Source: the human T2T-CHM13v2.0 reference genome, Homo sapiens
Length of the DNA: 64,000 nt
Assembly (NCBI RefSeq): GCF_009914755.1
Contig: NC_060931.1
Reading direction: 5' to 3' (one strand)
Below are positions 58,882 to 64,000 of this stretch, piece after piece. The position numbers and the translations under genes were made by a program. Positions within the stretch are counted from its first letter, which is position 1. Every line of letters begins with the position of its first letter. The notes under the pieces are model-generated. The model did no database searches and was not told the origin of the DNA. It worked only from the letters and a program-made list of their open reading frames with translations.

Positions 58882-60318
58882 TTATTTTTTTTCTTAATCT
58901 TGCTAAACATTTGTCAACTTTGTTTAACTTTTCAAAAACCCACTTTTTGTTTCATTGATCTTTTTTTGTTGTCATTTCATTGATCTTTTTGTATTGGTTT
59001 TTTCATTTCAGTTTCATTTACTTCTCCTCTGATCTTTATTTCTTTTCTTCTAATAATTTTGGGTTTGGTTTGCTCTTGCTTCTCTAGTTCTTTAAGATGC
59101 ATCATCAGATTGTTTATTTATAGTTTTTCCTCTTTTTTGATGTAGGCACTTATAGCTATAAACTTCCCTGAGTATTGCTTTTGCTGTATCCCATAGGTTT
59201 TGGTATGTTGTGTTTCCATTATCATTTGTTTCAAGAAATTTTTCAATTTCCTTCTTAATTTCTTCATTGGCCCACTGGTCATTCAGGAGCATATTGTTTA
59301 ACTTCCACATATTTGTATCGTTTCCAAAATTCTACTTGCTATTAATTTCTAGTTTTATTCCATTGTAGTCAGAGAGGATGCTTGATATTATTTCAGTTTT
59401 TTTGAATGTTTTAAGATTTGTTTTGTGAACTAACATATGATCTATCCTTGAGAATGATCCATGTCCTGAGGAAAAGAATGTGTATTCTGCAGCTCTTGGA
59501 TGAAGTGTTCTGTAAATATCTATCAGATCCATTTTGTCTATAGTGCAGATTAAGTCTGATGTGTCTTTGTTGCTTTTCTGTCTGGAAGATCTGTCCAATG
59601 CTGAAAGTGGGGTGTTGAAGTTTCCAGCTACTATTGTATTGGGGTCCATCTCTCTCCAGCACTAATAATATTTGCTTTACATATCTGGGTGCTCCAGTGT
59701 TGGGTGCATATATATTTAAAATTGTTATATCTTCTTGCTGAATTGGCTTCTTTATCATTACATAGTGACCTTCTTTGTCTGTTCTTATAGTTTTGGTCTT
59801 AAAACCTATTTTGTCTGATATAAGTATAGTGACTCCCATTCTTTTTTGGTTTTCATTGGCATGGAATATCTTTCTCCATTCTTTTATTTTCAGTCCATGT
59901 GTGTCTTTATAGATGAAGTCTGTTTCTTGTAGGCAAGAGATCAATGTATCTTGTTTTTTCATCCATTCAGCCATTCTATATCTTTTCATTGGAGAGTTTA
60001 GTCCATTTACATTCAATATTATTATTGATAAGTAAGGACCTACTTATTCCTGCTATTTTGTTATCTGTCTTCTGGTTGTTTTGTGGTCTTTTTCTTCTTT
60101 CTTTCCTTCCTGTCTTCTTCAACTGAAGGCAATTTTCTCTGGTGATATTATTTAATTTCTTGCTTTTTAGTTTTTTGTGTATCTACTGTATGATTTTTGG
60201 CTTGAAGTTACCATAAGGCTTGCAAATACTAACCTATAAACCCATTGTTTTAACCTGATAACAACACTGTTTGCATAAACAAACAAATAAACATACAAAA
60301 ACTAATAAAAATTCTATG

Positions 60319-60644
60319 TGTATTAGTCCGTTTTCATGCTGCTCATAAAGACGTACCTGAGACTGGGAAGAAAAAGAGGTTTAATTGGACTTACAGTTCC
60401 ACATGGCTGGGGAGGCCTCAGAATCATGGCGGGAGGCAAAAGGCACTTCTTATATGGCGGCAGCAAGAAAAAAACGAGAAAGATGCAAAAGCGGAAGCCC
60501 CTGATAAAACCATCAGATCTTGTGAGACTTATTCACTATCATGAGAACAGCATGGGAAAGACCTGCCCCCATGATTCAATTACCTCCCACAACACATGGG
60601 AATTCAAGATGAGATTTGGGCAGGGACACAGCCAAACCATATCA
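60319..60644 (-). mobile_element. THE1 (THE1C-like) solo LTR
   Basis: TG...CA termini; 5-bp TSD ctatg at 60314-60318 and 60645-60649. Confidence 0.92.
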
Positions 60645-61298
60645 CTATGCTTTAACTTTGTCCCCCTGCCCCACTTTTTAACTTTTTGATGCTTCTATTT
60701 ATATCTCATTGTACTGATTATGTCTTGAAAAGTTGTTGTAGTTATTTTTAATTGGTTCATCATTTAGTCTTCCTACTTAGGATAAGAGTAGTTTACACAC
60801 CACAGTTATTGTGTTATAAAATTCTGTGCTTTTCTGTGTACTTACTATTACTGGTGAGTTTTGCAACTTCAGGTGATTATTTATTGCTTGCTTTTCTTTC
60901 CGATTGAAGTACTCCCTTTAGCATTTCTTGTAGGACAGGACAGTTGATGAAGTCCCTCAGCTTTTGTCTAGGAAAGTATTTATTTCTCCCTCATGTTTGA
61001 AGGATATTTTTACCAGACATACTATTCTAGGGTAAAAATTTTTTTCCTTCAGCATTTTAAAAATGGCATGTCATTCTCTTCTAGCATGTAAGGTTTACAC
61101 TGAAAAGTTTGCTGCCAAATGTATTGGAGCTCCATTGTATGTTATTTGTTTCTTTTCTCTTGGTGCCTTTAGGATCCTCTCTTTGTCCTTGACCTTTGGG
61201 AGCTTGATTATTAAATGCCTTGAAGTAGTCTTCTTTGGGTTAGATCTGCTTGATGTTCTATAACCTTCTTGTACTTGGATATTTACATCTTTCTCTAG

Positions 61299-61604
<306 letters not shown>

Positions 61605-61718
61605 TGAAAAAACTTTCTACTTCTATCTCTTTGTCTACCTCCTCCTTAAGGCCAACAATTCTTAGATTTGCCCTTTTGAAATTATTTTCTAGATCCCGTA
61701 GGTGTGCTTCATTGTTTT

Positions 61719-62520
61719 TCATTCTTTTTTTTTATTATTATACTTTAAGTTCTAGGGTACATGTGCACCATGTGCAGGTTTGTTACATATGTATACATGT
61801 GCCATGTTGGTGTGCTGCACCCATTAACTCATCATTTACATTAGGTATATCTCCTAATGCTATCTCTCCCCCATTCCCGCCCCCCCACAACAGGCCCCGG
61901 TGTGTGATGTTCCCCACCCTGTGTCCAAGTGTTCTTACTGTTCAACTCCCACCTATGAGGGAGAACATGCGATGTTTGGTTTTCTGTCCTTGCCATAGTT
62001 TGCTGAGAATGATGGTTCCCAGCTTCATCCATGTCCCTACAAAGGACATGAACTCATCCCTTTTTATGGCTGCATAGTATTCCATGGTGTATATGTGCCA
62101 CATTTTCTTAATCCAGTCTATCATTGATGGACATTTGGGTTGGTTCCAAGTCTTTGCTATTGTGAAGGGTGCCGCAATAAACAAGACATTTATGCAGCCA
62201 ACAGACACATAAAAAAATGCTCATCATCACTGGCCATCAGAGAAATACAAATCAAAACCACAATGTGATACCGTCTCACACCAGTTAGAATGATGATCAT
62301 TAAAAAGTCAGGAAATAATAGGTGCTGGAGAGGATGTGGAGGAATAGGAACACTTTTACATTGTCGGTGGGACTGTAAACTAGTTCAACCATTGTGGAAG
62401 ACAGTGTGGCGATTCCTGAAGGATCTAGAACTAGAAAAACCATTTGACCCAGCCATCCCATTACTGGGTATATACCCAAATGATTATAAATCATGCTGCT
62501 ATAAAGACTCATTCTTTTTT
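61719..62520 (-). mobile_element. L1PA insertion with 5' inversion (twin priming)
   Basis: Minus-strand 3' end 61731-62183, plus-strand segment 62184-62508, TSD tcattctttttt at 61719-61730 and 62509-62520. Confidence 0.92.
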
Positions 62521-64000
62521 ATTTTGTCTCCTCTGACTGCATATTTTCAAACAGTCTTTAAGCTCACTAATTCTTCTGTTTGATCAGTTCTGCTATTAAA
62601 GGACTCTGATGCATTCTTCAATATACCAATTGCATTTTTCAGCTCCAGAATTTGTTTCTTTTTAATTATTTCAATCTCTTTGTTAAATTTATCTGATAGA
62701 ATTCTGAATTTCTTCTCTGTGTTATCTTGAATTAATTTGAATTTCCTCAACATAGCTATTTTGAATTCTCTGTCTGAAAGATTACATATCTCTGTTTCTC
62801 CAGGATTGCCCCTTGGTGCCTTATTTAGTTCATTTGGTAAGGTCATGTTTTCCTGGATGGTATTGATGCCAGTATTCTTCGGTGTCTGGGCATTGAAGAG
62901 TTAGGTATTTATTGTAGTCTTCACTGCCTGGGCTTATTTGTAGCCATCCTTCTTGGGAAGGCCTTCCAGATATTTGAAAGGACTTGAGTGTTGTAATCTA
63001 AGCTGTATCTGCTTTAGGGGGCACCCCAAGCCCAGTAATGCTGTGGTTCTCGCACACTTGTCAAGGTACCACCCTGATGGTCTGGGACAAGATCTGGAAG
63101 AATTCTTTGGATTACCAGGCAGAGGCTCTTGTTCTCTTCCCTTCTGTTTCCCAAACAGAGTCTCTCTGTTCTGAACCACCCAAAACTGGTGGTAGAGTGA
63201 AACAAGCACCCCTGTGGCCTCCACCACTATGATTGCACTGGGTCAGACCTGAAGCTATCACAGCACTGGGTCTTGCCCAAGGCCTGCTGTAACCACTTCC
63301 TGGCTACTGCCATTGTTCACTCAAGGCCCTGGGGCTCTACAATCAGCAGGTGGCAAGGCCAGCCAGGCCTGTGTCCTCCTCTTCAGGGTGGTGAGGTCCC
63401 CCAGACCCCAGGTGAGTCCTTAGGTGCCCTCTGGGAATCAGGGATTAGAGTCAAAAACCTTAGAAGTCTACTTGGTGTTCTATTGCACTGCGGCTGAGCT
63501 GGCATGCAAACTATAGGATGCAGTCCTTCCCACTCTTCTGCCCCTTTCCAAAGGCAGAGGAACCTTACCCTGTAGCCACCGCCACCCCAGGCCATGAGTA
63601 GTATTGCCAGGCTACCAATGATGTTCTCTTATGGCCCAAGGGCTTTTAAGTCAGCTTGTGGTGAATGCTGCCTCACCTGGGACTCATCCTTCAGGGCAGT
63701 GGGTTCCCCTCTGGCCCAAGGCAGGTCCAGAATTGCCATACAAGAGTCAAGTCCTGGAATCGCGGACCCCAAGAACCTGCCTCGGTGCTCTACCCTCCTG
63801 TGGCCGTGCTGGTATCTAAGGTGTAAGACTGTCCCCACTGCTTTTCCCTCGCAAGCAAGAGTTTTGCCCCATAGCTACCCTAGCTGGTAATATGCTGAGT
63901 CTCACCTGAAGCCTGCAAGTCACAGAGGCTCACCCAAGGCCCTCAATGTAGTAGCTGGGTATTGCTGCTAGTTATTCAGGGCCCAAGGGCTCTTCAGTTA

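Noticed and set aside
59332-60016. Endonuclease-like ORFs
   Set aside because: Frameshifted L1 ORF2 APE domain of the decayed L1MA.

Overview
Human-type (primate) genomic DNA, about 40% GC by eye and dense in Alu/L1. The only protein-coding content is six internal LRR-coding exons on the minus strand (38605-38703, 37959-38076, 37696-37858, 32723-32842, 31859-31985, 9177-9260). They splice with GT-AG ends into one 237-codon open frame that I recognise as FBXL13 (chr7q22; identity from recall, not a search). The rest is intron: about 26 Alu copies, nested L1s (a near full-length L1MA-type element, a twin-primed L1PA), MaLR/ERV LTRs, hAT MERs, L2/MIR, a tailless 7SK retrocopy and an RPL17 3' retro-fragment. 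Nearly all other ORFs in the track are repeat-derived or chance. I found no wholly new gene system. Best leads: (1) a 627-nt five-exon block, phase 0 at both ends and flanked by inverted Alus, that would give a stop-free circRNA ORF; (2) an AP-1/RUNX motif cluster at 43.7-47 kb; (3) a candidate L1 3' transduction ending next to a skippable exon; (4) several duplication/fold-back repair scars, one centred on a perfect CArG box. Repeat boundaries and subfamilies are by eye and approximate.
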